A stretch of DNA of 64,000 bases from an uncultured Marinoscillum sp. (GCA_964467915.1 CAYXSW010000004.1:4476-68475), one strand, 5' to 3'. Positions 19,180 to 28,654 are shown, counted from the stretch's first letter. Made by a program: numbers and translations. Notes: generated from the sequence alone by a model not told the origin.

Positions 19180-19472
19180 TTTCCAAGATTTACATAAATT
19201 GATTCAGACCAACAAGATGTATTATTGTTATTGTTATCTGGATCATAAGTTTTTTCTATAGTGTACGTAATTGCTACAAATTGTTTAGGGTATTTTTCAT
19301 TATCAAGACACTCATACACATATGTAATTTGATTTATAGAGCTTGTCTTAAATTCTTCTACCCTATCTGGATTCGGGAAGGGAGCCTCTGGAACTTTATT
19401 AAACCTACACGATAAGTCATCACATGAAATTAAAAAAAGAAATAAAATAATTACTAAATTTCTTGAATCCAT
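19173..19472 (-). CDS. Small hypothetical lipoprotein
   Basis: 99 aa with lipobox FLISC. Overlaps both neighbours, suggesting an operon. Confidence 0.45.
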   Translation of the reverse strand: MDSRNLVIILFLFLISCDDLSCRFNKVPEAPFPNPDRVEEFKTSSINQITYVYECLDNEKYPKQFVAITYTIEKTYDPDNNNNNTSCWSESIYVNLGNC

Positions 19473-20002
19473 ATCCTATTTAATTTATTTCGTTTAAAAT
19501 ATTTTCTTTTTCCAAAGGTTCTTATAATAAGACCAACTCCTACTCCAATACCACAATTTATTAATATATTTTTATTAAATACATCTTTATAATTTGCTTT
19601 TTGAACAAGGGTAAGGTTAATAAAATCTATTGCAAAAAAAGCTGCAGATCCACCAATAACAGTTGATCCTATACGCTTTACTCTATTTGATGTCTTTCCT
19701 CTTATATCAATAATCTCAATTTTTGATATAGGAATCTTTATAGAGTTAAAATTTAATGTACTATCTCCTATCCCTGTCAAAGTACCACTAGAAAACAACT
19801 CATCATCATATAATTTAAATCTTATAGTTTCTCCTGAATAGAATGAATAATATTTCTGTTTTGTTGCCTTCCTTAACTCAAGGAATTTCTGAGAAAAAAT
19901 TTTATTCGGCACTAATAAATAGAAAACAAATAATAATAAATGAATTTTCAATATCTCAAGTTTATTATAATTAAAACTCTTATTTATCTTTACTAAAACC
20001 AA
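19454..20002 (-). CDS. Hypothetical signal-peptide/membrane protein
   Basis: 182 aa in the ORF track (TTG start). An in-frame TTG at 19951 would give a cleaner signal peptide, MKIHLLLFVFYLLVPNKIFSQ. Two C-terminal hydrophobic segments. Confidence 0.45.
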   Translation of the reverse strand: MVLVKINKSFNYNKLEILKIHLLLFVFYLLVPNKIFSQKFLELRKATKQKYYSFYSGETIRFKLYDDELFSSGTLTGIGDSTLNFNSIKIPISKIEIIDIRGKTSNRVKRIGSTVIGGSAAFFAIDFINLTLVQKANYKDVFNKNILINCGIGVGVGLIIRTFGKRKYFKRNKLNRIWIQEI

Positions 20003-20007
20003 AAAAA

Positions 20008-22119
20008 ATGAAGAAAATATTAATAATCTTACTATCTATAATTAGTGTATCTTGTTCCTATAATAATTCAATTAGTCTAGAGTCACCTAATAATGAAATT
20101 AAATTAAATTTTGAATTAGTTGATGGAGTACCAACCTATTCAGTAAATAATAAAAACAAGAAAGTTATTAACTTATCTAAAATGGGTCTTTTGTTTAATA
20201 ATAAGATTGATTTTAGTAAGAACTTAACATTATCAGAAACTAAATCAAGAAGTTTTAACAATTCCTGGAAACCATTATACGGTGAGGAGGAAATAATTTC
20301 AAACAACTACAATGAGTTAATAATTTCATTAAATAATGATAAATATCAAATGGATATTTTCTTTAGAGTTTACAACGATGGTATCGCATTTAAATATGTA
20401 ATACCTGAACAAGGTGAATTGAATTCTTATGACATAATTGATGAAATGACAGAATTTAATTTATCAAGTAAAGATTCAGCTCTATGGGTGCCTGCTTTCT
20501 CATACAGAAGATATGAGTTTTTATATGCTAATTCATCTGTTGATGATATATCCAAAAAATATTACTCTAAAAATGTAGAGGACATATCATATGACACACT
20601 AGGAATTGATGCTGCTCATACCCCACTCACAATTAAAAAAGATAATGACTTGTATATAAGTATTCATGAGGCAAATCTAATTGACTACTCAAGTATGACT
20701 CTAAAACCAAAGGGAAATGGAAAATTAGAAGTAGAGCTCTATCCCTGGTCTGATGGGATAAAAGTAAAATCTACAAATGGTATCAATTCTCCTTGGCGAA
20801 TGGTCCAAATTGCAAATAATTCTTCAGAGCTATTAGATTCAAATATTATTCTAAACTTAAATGATGACCCTGATGAGAATGAGAATTTTTCTTGGGTAAA
20901 ACCTGGAAAATATATGGGAGTCTGGTGGGAGATGATTGGAACTAACGAATCCACTTGGTGGCCATCTAAAAACCATGGGGCAAATAACTCTAAGGTCATG
21001 AATTATATGGATTTTGCTTCAAAACATGGATTTGATGGACTATTAGTTGAAGGTTGGAATAAGGGATGGTATCCGCAATGGTGTTGCTCAGGTAATGGCA
21101 TTCCATTTATCTTCACAGAGACTGTAGATGACTTTAATATCGAGTTATTATCTAACTATGGAAAAGAAAAAAATATTTCATTAGTTGGACACCATGAGAC
21201 AGGGGGGCAAATTCAAAATTATGAGAATCAACTTGAGGATGCCTTTAAACTTTACAATAAATATGGAATTAAAAATATTAAGACTGGTTATGTAAATGAC
21301 GTAAGTAAAAACATTAAAAGAATTGACGAAAAAGGAAATATTCATAAAGAGTGGCATCATGGTCAGTACATGGTCAATCACTTTCAAAAAGTTATAGAAA
21401 TGGCAGCTAAATACAAGCTCAATATAATAACTCACGAACCAATAAAAGATACTGGTCTAAGAAGAAAATACCCAAATTATATATCTAGAGAGGGAGCAAA
21501 AGGTCAGGAATTTAATGGTTTTTGGACAAATGGAGTTAATCACGCAACAGACTTACCATTCACAAGAATGTTAAGTGGCCCTATGGACTATACACCTGGT
21601 ATTTTCCAATTAAATAACTTTAGATATGATTCACCCGATTCAAAAAAAATTGATAAGGGAGCAATCGTTCCATCAACATTAGCAAAAGAATTAGCCCTTT
21701 ATGTGGTCTATTACTCTCCTATGCAAATGGCTGCTGATCTACCTAAACATTACGAGAAACATTTAGATGCTTTTGAATTTATTAAAAACGTTCCTGTAGA
21801 CTGGTCTGAAAGAATTATTCTAAATAGTAGCATGTCAGAGTATGTAACTATTGGAAGAAAAGATAAAAATTCAAATAACTGGTATGTTGGAGGTATAACA
21901 GATGATAAAGAAAGAAATTTTGTAATTGATTTTTCATTTTTAGATGATAACAAGGAATATAAAATCACTATATATTCTGATACAAAAGATACACACTGGA
22001 AAGATAATCCAATGGAATATGAGATAAAGAGTGATATGTTAACCTCAAAAGATAATATTAATATTTACTTAGCTCCTGGTGGAGGTTTTGCTTTAGAAAT
22101 TAAAGAGATTATAAAGTAA
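20008..22119 (+). CDS. Glycoside hydrolase family 97 (SusB-like alpha-glucosidase/alpha-galactosidase)
   Basis: 703 aa lipoprotein. N-terminal SPNNEIKLNFELVDGVPTYSVNNKNKKVINLSKMGL parallels the GH97 N-domain. Size and layout fit GH97. Confidence 0.8.
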   Translation: MKKILIILLSIISVSCSYNNSISLESPNNEIKLNFELVDGVPTYSVNNKNKKVINLSKMGLLFNNKIDFSKNLTLSETKSRSFNNSWKPLYGEEEIISNNYNELIISLNNDKYQMDIFFRVYNDGIAFKYVIPEQGELNSYDIIDEMTEFNLSSKDSALWVPAFSYRRYEFLYANSSVDDISKKYYSKNVEDISYDTLGIDAAHTPLTIKKDNDLYISIHEANLIDYSSMTLKPKGNGKLEVELYPWSDGIKVKSTNGINSPWRMVQIANNSSELLDSNIILNLNDDPDENENFSWVKPGKYMGVWWEMIGTNESTWWPSKNHGANNSKVMNYMDFASKHGFDGLLVEGWNKGWYPQWCCSGNGIPFIFTETVDDFNIELLSNYGKEKNISLVGHHETGGQIQNYENQLEDAFKLYNKYGIKNIKTGYVNDVSKNIKRIDEKGNIHKEWHHGQYMVNHFQKVIEMAAKYKLNIITHEPIKDTGLRRKYPNYISREGAKGQEFNGFWTNGVNHATDLPFTRMLSGPMDYTPGIFQLNNFRYDSPDSKKIDKGAIVPSTLAKELALYVVYYSPMQMAADLPKHYEKHLDAFEFIKNVPVDWSERIILNSSMSEYVTIGRKDKNSNNWYVGGITDDKERNFVIDFSFLDDNKEYKITIYSDTKDTHWKDNPMEYEIKSDMLTSKDNINIYLAPGGGFALEIKEIIK

Positions 22120-22551
22120 TTAGTGACAAGCCTTATTATACTTTTTAAGTCTATAATAATTATAAGGTAGAGGAGTATAAAAACCTGCTAATAACATAGG
22201 AATTATTACATAAATATTTACCATAGCACCCCCAGTGATTAAATAATCCACTAGGTTCATTGCCAATTCCATCCCGATCATACTTATAAGAGACATTCCT
22301 ATTGCTGTCTTAAATGCACTGAGAAGAGACTGAGAAAAACTCAGAATTATAGTTTCTAATATGATAGAGGTAATTAACCCATTAATTATAGCTAAAACCA
22401 TTATCTGTTCTACAGGTAAAGTATAAGAAGTATGTTGAAAGAAAAGAATTGTTCCAAAGTCTCCTATTGAGCAACCTAAAAGACACCAGAGAGTATTTAT
22501 TTTAGCTTTTTTCCACGTCGATTTACAATTCCATGATATTGAAGAGAACAT
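22120..22551 (-). CDS. DUF4396 family membrane protein
   Basis: 143 aa. TLWCLLGCSIGDFGTILFF matches the conserved Cys-containing first helix of DUF4396. Four hydrophobic segments. Confidence 0.6.
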   Translation of the reverse strand: MFSSISWNCKSTWKKAKINTLWCLLGCSIGDFGTILFFQHTSYTLPVEQIMVLAIINGLITSIILETIILSFSQSLLSAFKTAIGMSLISMIGMELAMNLVDYLITGGAMVNIYVIIPMLLAGFYTPLPYNYYRLKKYNKACH

Positions 22552-22555
22552 AGAT

Positions 22556-23740
22556 TTAATCTAATAATTCACAATCTTCATCAAATTTGAGAATCCCATT
22601 ATTCTCTAATTTAACTATATATAATATTTCAGAATTTTTAGTTTTTAACATTCTAGAGTGTAATATTTTATCTTCAGGATAAGTTGAGGTTACATACTCA
22701 ATTATACAGTCTAGTACTTCGTCACCTCTTAGCTTTTTAGATCTATCTTTTTTACCTTTTTTTCCATCTTTACCCCTACACTTCATAGAAATCTTCTTCA
22801 TTTCATCCTCATTATTTACAGTAATAGTTACTAATTCTTCCTCACCATCTTTATTATTTTCTATAACTATATCAACAGGAAAAATTAGCTTTGGCCTTTT
22901 CATAGAAAAAATAGAGGTATCATGATTATTTTTATACCAATCTTCAATTTTCTTATGGTCATCTTCTTTTGCAATTACTATAATTGATGAGTCTGGCATC
23001 GAAAAACTAAAAGGCATAACAATTTCAAAACATCTATCTTTATCTTTTTCATCAACTTTAGAACAAGTAGAAATTAATTCTCTCATTTCTTCATCTTTAG
23101 TAATTTCAATAACTTTTTCATTTCCCTCGTCATCAATAATTGATACACTAACCGGTAAAATAACTCTTGGTCTTTTTTCCATTTGAGAATTATTTCTATA
23201 CCATAGGTCAACCTTTTCTTTATCACTTTCCCTCTCTATTGTAATGACACTGCTATCAGGCATCAGTAATGAGAATGGCATAACATATTCAAAACATCTG
23301 AAGTCTTTGTCTTCTCTATCTTTATCCTCTTTATCTTTATCCCCCCTATCTTTATCCCCTCTGTCCTTATCATCTTTTCTATCTCCTTCAGAATTATTAA
23401 ACTTTCCTTTTTTATAATTATCCTTCAGAAAAGGGTGATCTCTATCTAATTTAAAATTACCGTCTTCATCAAATGAAAGACTCATCTGATTATCTAAATC
23501 AGCTTCAAAACCATACGTTTTCTTTCCAACTAACACATAAGATGTCTTTACATTATTTGATGAAAAATTAGTCTCAATAAATTCTTTAGATTCAGGAGCT
23601 AAATAATCATTATCTAATTCAAAATATATGATATCTTTTGGGTTTTCACCTGGTAGTTTAAAGTCATCTCCAAACTGATTACATGATATTACTAATAAGA
23701 AAGTGAAAATTGATAATAAGATGGATTTTATATAATTCAT
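22556..23740 (-). CDS. Lipoprotein with DK-rich linker, two tandem Cys-bracketed ~80-aa domains and PepSY-like ends
   Basis: ATG 23740 gives MNYIKSILLSIFTFLLVISC (lipobox). The track's upstream extension to 23839 overlaps the divergent gene. See findings for the internal repeats. Confidence 0.6.
   Translation of the reverse strand: MNYIKSILLSIFTFLLVISCNQFGDDFKLPGENPKDIIYFELDNDYLAPESKEFIETNFSSNNVKTSYVLVGKKTYGFEADLDNQMSLSFDEDGNFKLDRDHPFLKDNYKKGKFNNSEGDRKDDKDRGDKDRGDKDKEDKDREDKDFRCFEYVMPFSLLMPDSSVITIERESDKEKVDLWYRNNSQMEKRPRVILPVSVSIIDDEGNEKVIEITKDEEMRELISTCSKVDEKDKDRCFEIVMPFSFSMPDSSIIVIAKEDDHKKIEDWYKNNHDTSIFSMKRPKLIFPVDIVIENNKDGEEELVTITVNNEDEMKKISMKCRGKDGKKGKKDRSKKLRGDEVLDCIIEYVTSTYPEDKILHSRMLKTKNSEILYIVKLENNGILKFDEDCELLD
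23303..23383 (-). repeat. In-frame 15-nt periodic repeat encoding (DKDRG/DKDKE/DKDRE)n
   Basis: The 11-mer TATCTTTATCC recurs at 23317, 23332 and 23347 (period 15 nt). Translation: DRKDDKDRGDKDRGDKDKEDKDREDKD. Confidence 0.85.
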
Positions 23741-23773
23741 AATTTTGATTAAGTTTATTTTATACAATAAACA

Positions 23774-23781
23774 TAAATTTG
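23774..23781 (+). promoter_or_regulatory. TAnnTTTG box (TAAATTTG) upstream of the LOG-family gene
   Basis: Exact motif 28 nt upstream of ATG 23810. Confidence 0.3.
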
Positions 23782-23809
23782 ATAATAATATTGCGTAAAT
23801 ATAATAAAA

Positions 23810-24481
23810 ATGAAAGATTGGAACAATGCTATAACCCAAGATAGTTGGAGAATATTAAAATACAATGCTGAAACTGTTAATGGATTTGAAACACTTCTAG
23901 AGGTAGGTCCATCTATATCAATTTTTGGATCTGCAAGAACTAAGCCAGAAGATCATTATTTTAAAAAAACTGTTGAAATAGCAGAGATGATATCTAGAAT
24001 GGGTTTCGGTATAATATCAGGTGCAGGACCCGGAATTATGGAAGCTGCTAATAAGGGTGCAAAAAAAGCAGAAGGTAAGTCAATTGGACTGAGAATAAAT
24101 TTACCCTTTGAACAATACACTAATAAGTATGTAGATGATGAGTACCTATTAAAATTTGATTACTTCTTCATAAGAAAGTTAATGTTTCAAAAATATTCTC
24201 AAGGATTTATTGTAATGCCTGGTGGATTTGGAACTTTAGATGAGTTATTTAACGCTTTAACCCTTATTCAAACTAAAAAATCAAAGAGGTTTCCAATTAT
24301 ATTGGTTGGGAAAAAGCATTATAAGCCATTATTTGATTGGATATTAAATACTTTATGTCAAAATAATCTAATTTCAAGAGATGATCTTAACTTAATAAAT
24401 TTGGTTGAGGAAAAAGAGGAAATTGAAGGCATATTAAATGAATTCTTTAAGGAGAATAAACTAGACATTAATTTTGAGTGA
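23810..24481 (+). CDS. LOG family / TIGR00730 Rossmann-fold protein (nucleotide 5'-monophosphate nucleosidase-like)
   Basis: SIFGSAR, SGAGPGIMEAANKGA and the PGGFGTLDELFNAL (PGGxGTxxE) motif. Confidence 0.85.
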   Translation: MKDWNNAITQDSWRILKYNAETVNGFETLLEVGPSISIFGSARTKPEDHYFKKTVEIAEMISRMGFGIISGAGPGIMEAANKGAKKAEGKSIGLRINLPFEQYTNKYVDDEYLLKFDYFFIRKLMFQKYSQGFIVMPGGFGTLDELFNALTLIQTKKSKRFPIILVGKKHYKPLFDWILNTLCQNNLISRDDLNLINLVEEKEEIEGILNEFFKENKLDINFE

Positions 24482-26083
24482 TTAATTTAAATCATCTCTA
24501 TATGGAGTTGGAAAAATTAATTTTTTTGATGAACTATATTTCTTCCATTCACTAAGTAAATCAATATAAATATCATGTTCTTTTTCCTTTAGATTATTTG
24601 TTTCAGATATATCATCAAGGTCATATAAATCAAAATTTTTAATGTTGAAAGGGGAAGTCTTATTTACAATTTTCCATCTACTTTTTATTAAGACTGCGTT
24701 ACCACTATGCTCAAAAGAAAAAACATAATTTTTATCATGAATTTTACCTTCCTCACCATCTATATAGGGAATAATACTCTCTCCTATAGGTTTTTTAATT
24801 CTATTTTTACTTAGTAATTCATATTTAGAATTAGTCAAATTATAAATTGTGGGAGCTATATCGAGTAAAGTCACAAACTCTTTGGATATTTTTTTTTCAC
24901 TAGATAACCCTGAGATAATAAGTGGCGACCTCATACCACCAGAAGTTGTATACCCTTTGTATAAATTAAAAGGATTAGTTATTACATCAGCCCAATTTTT
25001 TCCTAAAGAGACGAAAGACTCAGGTTTTCCTATGTCATTATACTCGTATGAAAATTTATCTTGAATATATGGACCATACGTTTGATTATAATAGAAATCT
25101 TCAGCTGCTGCACCATTATCAGACATAAAAATTATAATTGTATTTTCAAACTTGTTTTTTTCTTTTAATAATTTAATTACCCTTCCTACATTGTAATCTA
25201 AATTATCAATCATACCAGCATAGACCTCCATCTTTCTCGATTCTATTTTTCTCTGTTCTTCTGATAAATTTTCCCAGTCCGATGTGAGATCTTTTACCTT
25301 AAAGTGTTCCTCTTTAATATCTATAAGTTTTTTCTCTTTTATTTTATTTATTCTCGAAATCTTAAGATCCTCATAACCCTTATCATAAACACCTCTATAT
25401 TTATCAGAGAACTCCTCATCTACCTGCAAAGGCCAGTGTGGTGCAGTTAATGATAAATAACCAAAAAAAGGTGATCCATCTGATTTTTCAATATAATTTA
25501 TAAACCTATCAGTGTATTCATCTGAAGAGTATTTACCTTCTTCCCATAAAATTCTTTTTCCATTTAATGAAAATGCAGAATCAGGATATCCCTTAATTGG
25601 CTTATTATTGTCATAATGAGTAAATGCTCCCGGAAGTAAAACAAATGTGTCGTCGAATCCCCTACTTATAGGGTCACCACCTATATGCCATTTTCCAGAC
25701 ATAAATGTTTTGTATCCATTACTTTTTAAAATTTCAGGTATTATTGCTACTCTCTCTGATAGTATACCTTCATACCCATAATCTTGTGAACTAAATGCCT
25801 GAATTCCTATACCTGCTTCATGGTTATCATTTCCCGATAGAAGCATTGCCCTAGAAGGCGCACAAAGAGGAGATGAGTAATAATTAGTGAAAATTATTCC
25901 TTCATTAGCTAAATTATCAATGTTTGGGGTATTTATCTCACTACCAAAACAACCTAAATCTGAGTAACCTAAATCATCAGCAAGAATAATTATGACATTC
26001 TTCTTTTCAGTATTACTATCACATGATAGTAATAAACAGAAAATAAATAAGAAACTAAATTTTCTTATTAAAGGTAACATCAT
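24482..26083 (-). CDS. Arylsulfatase (formylglycine-dependent sulfatase family)
   Basis: Lipobox LLLSC. IILADDLGYSD and SSPLCAPSRAMLLSG (CxPxR FGly motif). Confidence 0.9.
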   Translation of the reverse strand: MMLPLIRKFSFLFIFCLLLSCDSNTEKKNVIIILADDLGYSDLGCFGSEINTPNIDNLANEGIIFTNYYSSPLCAPSRAMLLSGNDNHEAGIGIQAFSSQDYGYEGILSERVAIIPEILKSNGYKTFMSGKWHIGGDPISRGFDDTFVLLPGAFTHYDNNKPIKGYPDSAFSLNGKRILWEEGKYSSDEYTDRFINYIEKSDGSPFFGYLSLTAPHWPLQVDEEFSDKYRGVYDKGYEDLKISRINKIKEKKLIDIKEEHFKVKDLTSDWENLSEEQRKIESRKMEVYAGMIDNLDYNVGRVIKLLKEKNKFENTIIIFMSDNGAAAEDFYYNQTYGPYIQDKFSYEYNDIGKPESFVSLGKNWADVITNPFNLYKGYTTSGGMRSPLIISGLSSEKKISKEFVTLLDIAPTIYNLTNSKYELLSKNRIKKPIGESIIPYIDGEEGKIHDKNYVFSFEHSGNAVLIKSRWKIVNKTSPFNIKNFDLYDLDDISETNNLKEKEHDIYIDLLSEWKKYSSSKKLIFPTPYRDDLN

Positions 26084-27563
26084 ATATAACTAATTTTTTA
26101 GAAATATTATCTTCTATTATAAAATCAATCAATAACTTTTCTCTCCACTTTTCATCTTTATCAGTAATAAAAGTATCATTTTCCCACCACTCTAAATCAA
26201 AATTTTTAATATCATTGTTAATATTAGCATTTAAATATGATCCCTTTTTTTTTATTTTGGGCTTTTTTAAAGACACAGTTACATCACCATACATATCACT
26301 TGAATAAACTCCCACATAATCCTCCAAGTTCAAAGACATTTTTGAATCAATATCTCTTTTAGTAAAGATATCTTGGTATGATTTCTTATATTGTTCTGAC
26401 CTCTCTTTGTATAGGGTATAAACCTCATTATTCCAATCTCTTGAATCATCATCAAATAATAACAGGTCAAATACCTTGTATATAATAGCGTGCCTTAACT
26501 CAGCATGATCAAGATTTGCAAAAACTTGTACTCCAATATTTTTGTCTCTTATTAAAGCAATTATTGCCACTAAACCCTGTAGACTACCTGTGTGCATATC
26601 TATTTTATAACCTCTGTAATCGTGCTGAAACCAACCTAGACCATAAGTTTTCCATTTAGGCTTTGTAAGTTCAGATGTTGGGTAGAAAGAATTTCCAACT
26701 AGTATATGAGGCTCAAAAATATAATTGAAAGTGTTATCAGACAAAATTTTCTGTCCATTAACTTCTGTCTTATTCAAAAGGAAATTTAGATATTTCTCCA
26801 TATCATCAGCACAAGACCACATCATTCCAGCAGCCCCAATCTGATCTGAAATAGTAAAGGGAACATTAACTATACCTTCGTCATAATCTATCATGTGGGG
26901 ATAAGTATGATTTATATAAGTGAAAACATCTTTAGACCAAGTTAACGTACATGAAAAATCAATTTTGTCTAATATATTATCTTCTATAAAGTCTTGCCAA
27001 GACACACCAGAAACATTTTCAATTACTTTTCCTGCTATTACGTACATGATATTTTGATATGTGTAACCTCCCCTTAAAGAATATTTTTTTTCAGATTTAG
27101 AAAAATTATATAGCATTTCATCTACAGACGTACTATCTGTGGTCCATAATCTATCTTCATTACCAATACCTAGATTATGAGTAAGCAAATCTTTAACACG
27201 TGCATCGTCTGTTATGTAATCATCAGATAATTTAAATAATGGAAAATGTAATTTTACTTTATCATCCCAATTTATTGAGTCTCTATCTACCAAAATACCT
27301 AAACCCATAGCAATAAATGCTTTTGTGGTAGAAGCCATTGAAAAAATAGTTTTACTGTCAACTGGTTCATTATTAAAGTAATTTTTAACTCCATAGGTTT
27401 TTTTATAAACTGTAGAATCATTTTGAACTATCACGACACTCATTCCAGGAATATTCCAAAGATCTTTTCCCTCAGTGATAAAGTTATCAATGATATCTGA
27501 TTTGTTTTGAGATAGAATAGTTAATGGCAATAGTATTAATAAAATTAGAATTGAATTTCTCAT
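26055..27563 (-). CDS. Beta-lactamase-fold serine hydrolase (class C / family VIII esterase / PBP-like)
   Basis: Signal peptide. SxxK (ASTTK), YxN (YTYQN) and HTG (HTGSLQG) motifs in canonical order. Confidence 0.8.
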   Translation of the reverse strand: MRNSILILLILLPLTILSQNKSDIIDNFITEGKDLWNIPGMSVVIVQNDSTVYKKTYGVKNYFNNEPVDSKTIFSMASTTKAFIAMGLGILVDRDSINWDDKVKLHFPLFKLSDDYITDDARVKDLLTHNLGIGNEDRLWTTDSTSVDEMLYNFSKSEKKYSLRGGYTYQNIMYVIAGKVIENVSGVSWQDFIEDNILDKIDFSCTLTWSKDVFTYINHTYPHMIDYDEGIVNVPFTISDQIGAAGMMWSCADDMEKYLNFLLNKTEVNGQKILSDNTFNYIFEPHILVGNSFYPTSELTKPKWKTYGLGWFQHDYRGYKIDMHTGSLQGLVAIIALIRDKNIGVQVFANLDHAELRHAIIYKVFDLLLFDDDSRDWNNEVYTLYKERSEQYKKSYQDIFTKRDIDSKMSLNLEDYVGVYSSDMYGDVTVSLKKPKIKKKGSYLNANINNDIKNFDLEWWENDTFITDKDEKWREKLLIDFIIEDNISKKLVIYDVTFNKKI

Positions 27564-27571
27564 ATTAAATA

Positions 27572-28576
27572 TTATTTAATGTCCATTACTGTTCTAAAAC
27601 CTATATGCATAGAGCCTGTGTCAGGAGTGTTTTTCATTCTCATGGAGTTTCTATAACCTGTACAGTATGATTTACTGCATAAATAACTTCCTCCTCTAAC
27701 AACCCTTTTAAGAGCAAAAGGTTCATTTGGATCAAAACTTTTATTTGGACCTTTTGGGTTATCTGATATTTTATTAACTAGAGAAGAGTAATAATTATAA
27801 CTGTAGAGGTCTGAACACCACTCCCAAACATTTCCGGACATATCGTATAGACCATAATTGTTTGGTGGATAACTTTTAACTGGAGCTGTTGACTCAAAAC
27901 CATCCATCTTTATGTTATTTTTTGGAAACTCACCCTCCCATGTGTTAGCATATAAACTTAAGTTTTTATCATCTCCCCAACTATAAGTTTTACTTTTGAG
28001 TCCACCTCTTGAGGCATATTCCCATTCTGCTTCTGTTGGTAATCTCCTACCCTTCCATCTAGCGTATTCAACAGCATCAAACCAACTAACATGGACTACA
28101 GGGTGATTTTCTTTTCCCTCTATAGAAGTACCCTCACCTCCTGGTTGTTTCCAGTTTGCACTAGGAACCCAATCCCACCACTGAGTATGATTATTTAAGT
28201 TTGATATATTTTCATTTTTTTTAAAAACTAATGATGCAGGAACAAAAACACTCTCATCAGGTTTAGGTGTGTTAGGCGGGAGATCTTTCTTAATTTCGTC
28301 CCAATCAGGTTTTATTTCTGCAGTAGTTACGTATCCTGTTGCATCTACAAATTCAGAAAATTCTGCATTAGTTACCTCTGTCTCATCTATCCAAAAAGAA
28401 TTTACTTTTACTTCATGAACTGGAAGTTCATCAGGATTTGCTTCCTGGCTATTACCACCCATAAAATAGTTAGATCCTTTAATAAACACCATACCTGATA
28501 CATCCTCAAGTTTGGTTTCTTTTTCTTTGCAAGAAAATATTACAATGGACAAGAAAATCATAATAAGCTTTTTCAT
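27572..28576 (-). CDS. Formylglycine-generating enzyme (SUMF1/FGE family)
   Basis: Lipobox VIFSC. GNVWEWCSD and RGGSYLCSKSYCTGYR retain the catalytic Cys pair of aerobic FGE. Confidence 0.85.
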   Translation of the reverse strand: MKKLIMIFLSIVIFSCKEKETKLEDVSGMVFIKGSNYFMGGNSQEANPDELPVHEVKVNSFWIDETEVTNAEFSEFVDATGYVTTAEIKPDWDEIKKDLPPNTPKPDESVFVPASLVFKKNENISNLNNHTQWWDWVPSANWKQPGGEGTSIEGKENHPVVHVSWFDAVEYARWKGRRLPTEAEWEYASRGGLKSKTYSWGDDKNLSLYANTWEGEFPKNNIKMDGFESTAPVKSYPPNNYGLYDMSGNVWEWCSDLYSYNYYSSLVNKISDNPKGPNKSFDPNEPFALKRVVRGGSYLCSKSYCTGYRNSMRMKNTPDTGSMHIGFRTVMDIK

Positions 28577-28654
28577 GATATCTTTTATTTCAACTTTTAT
28601 TTTTTAATTTTCTTATTTCATATTTAATTTAGAATATAAACTAAAATTACTAAT

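Noticed and set aside
23741-23839. N-terminal extensions in the ORF track: 22556-23839, 45378-45467, 5519-5557, 57832-57846 and 12727-12735.
   Set aside because: Internal ATGs give canonical lipobox, signal-peptide or family N-termini. They also remove overlaps with divergent genes or with a terminator, so the shorter starts are preferred.
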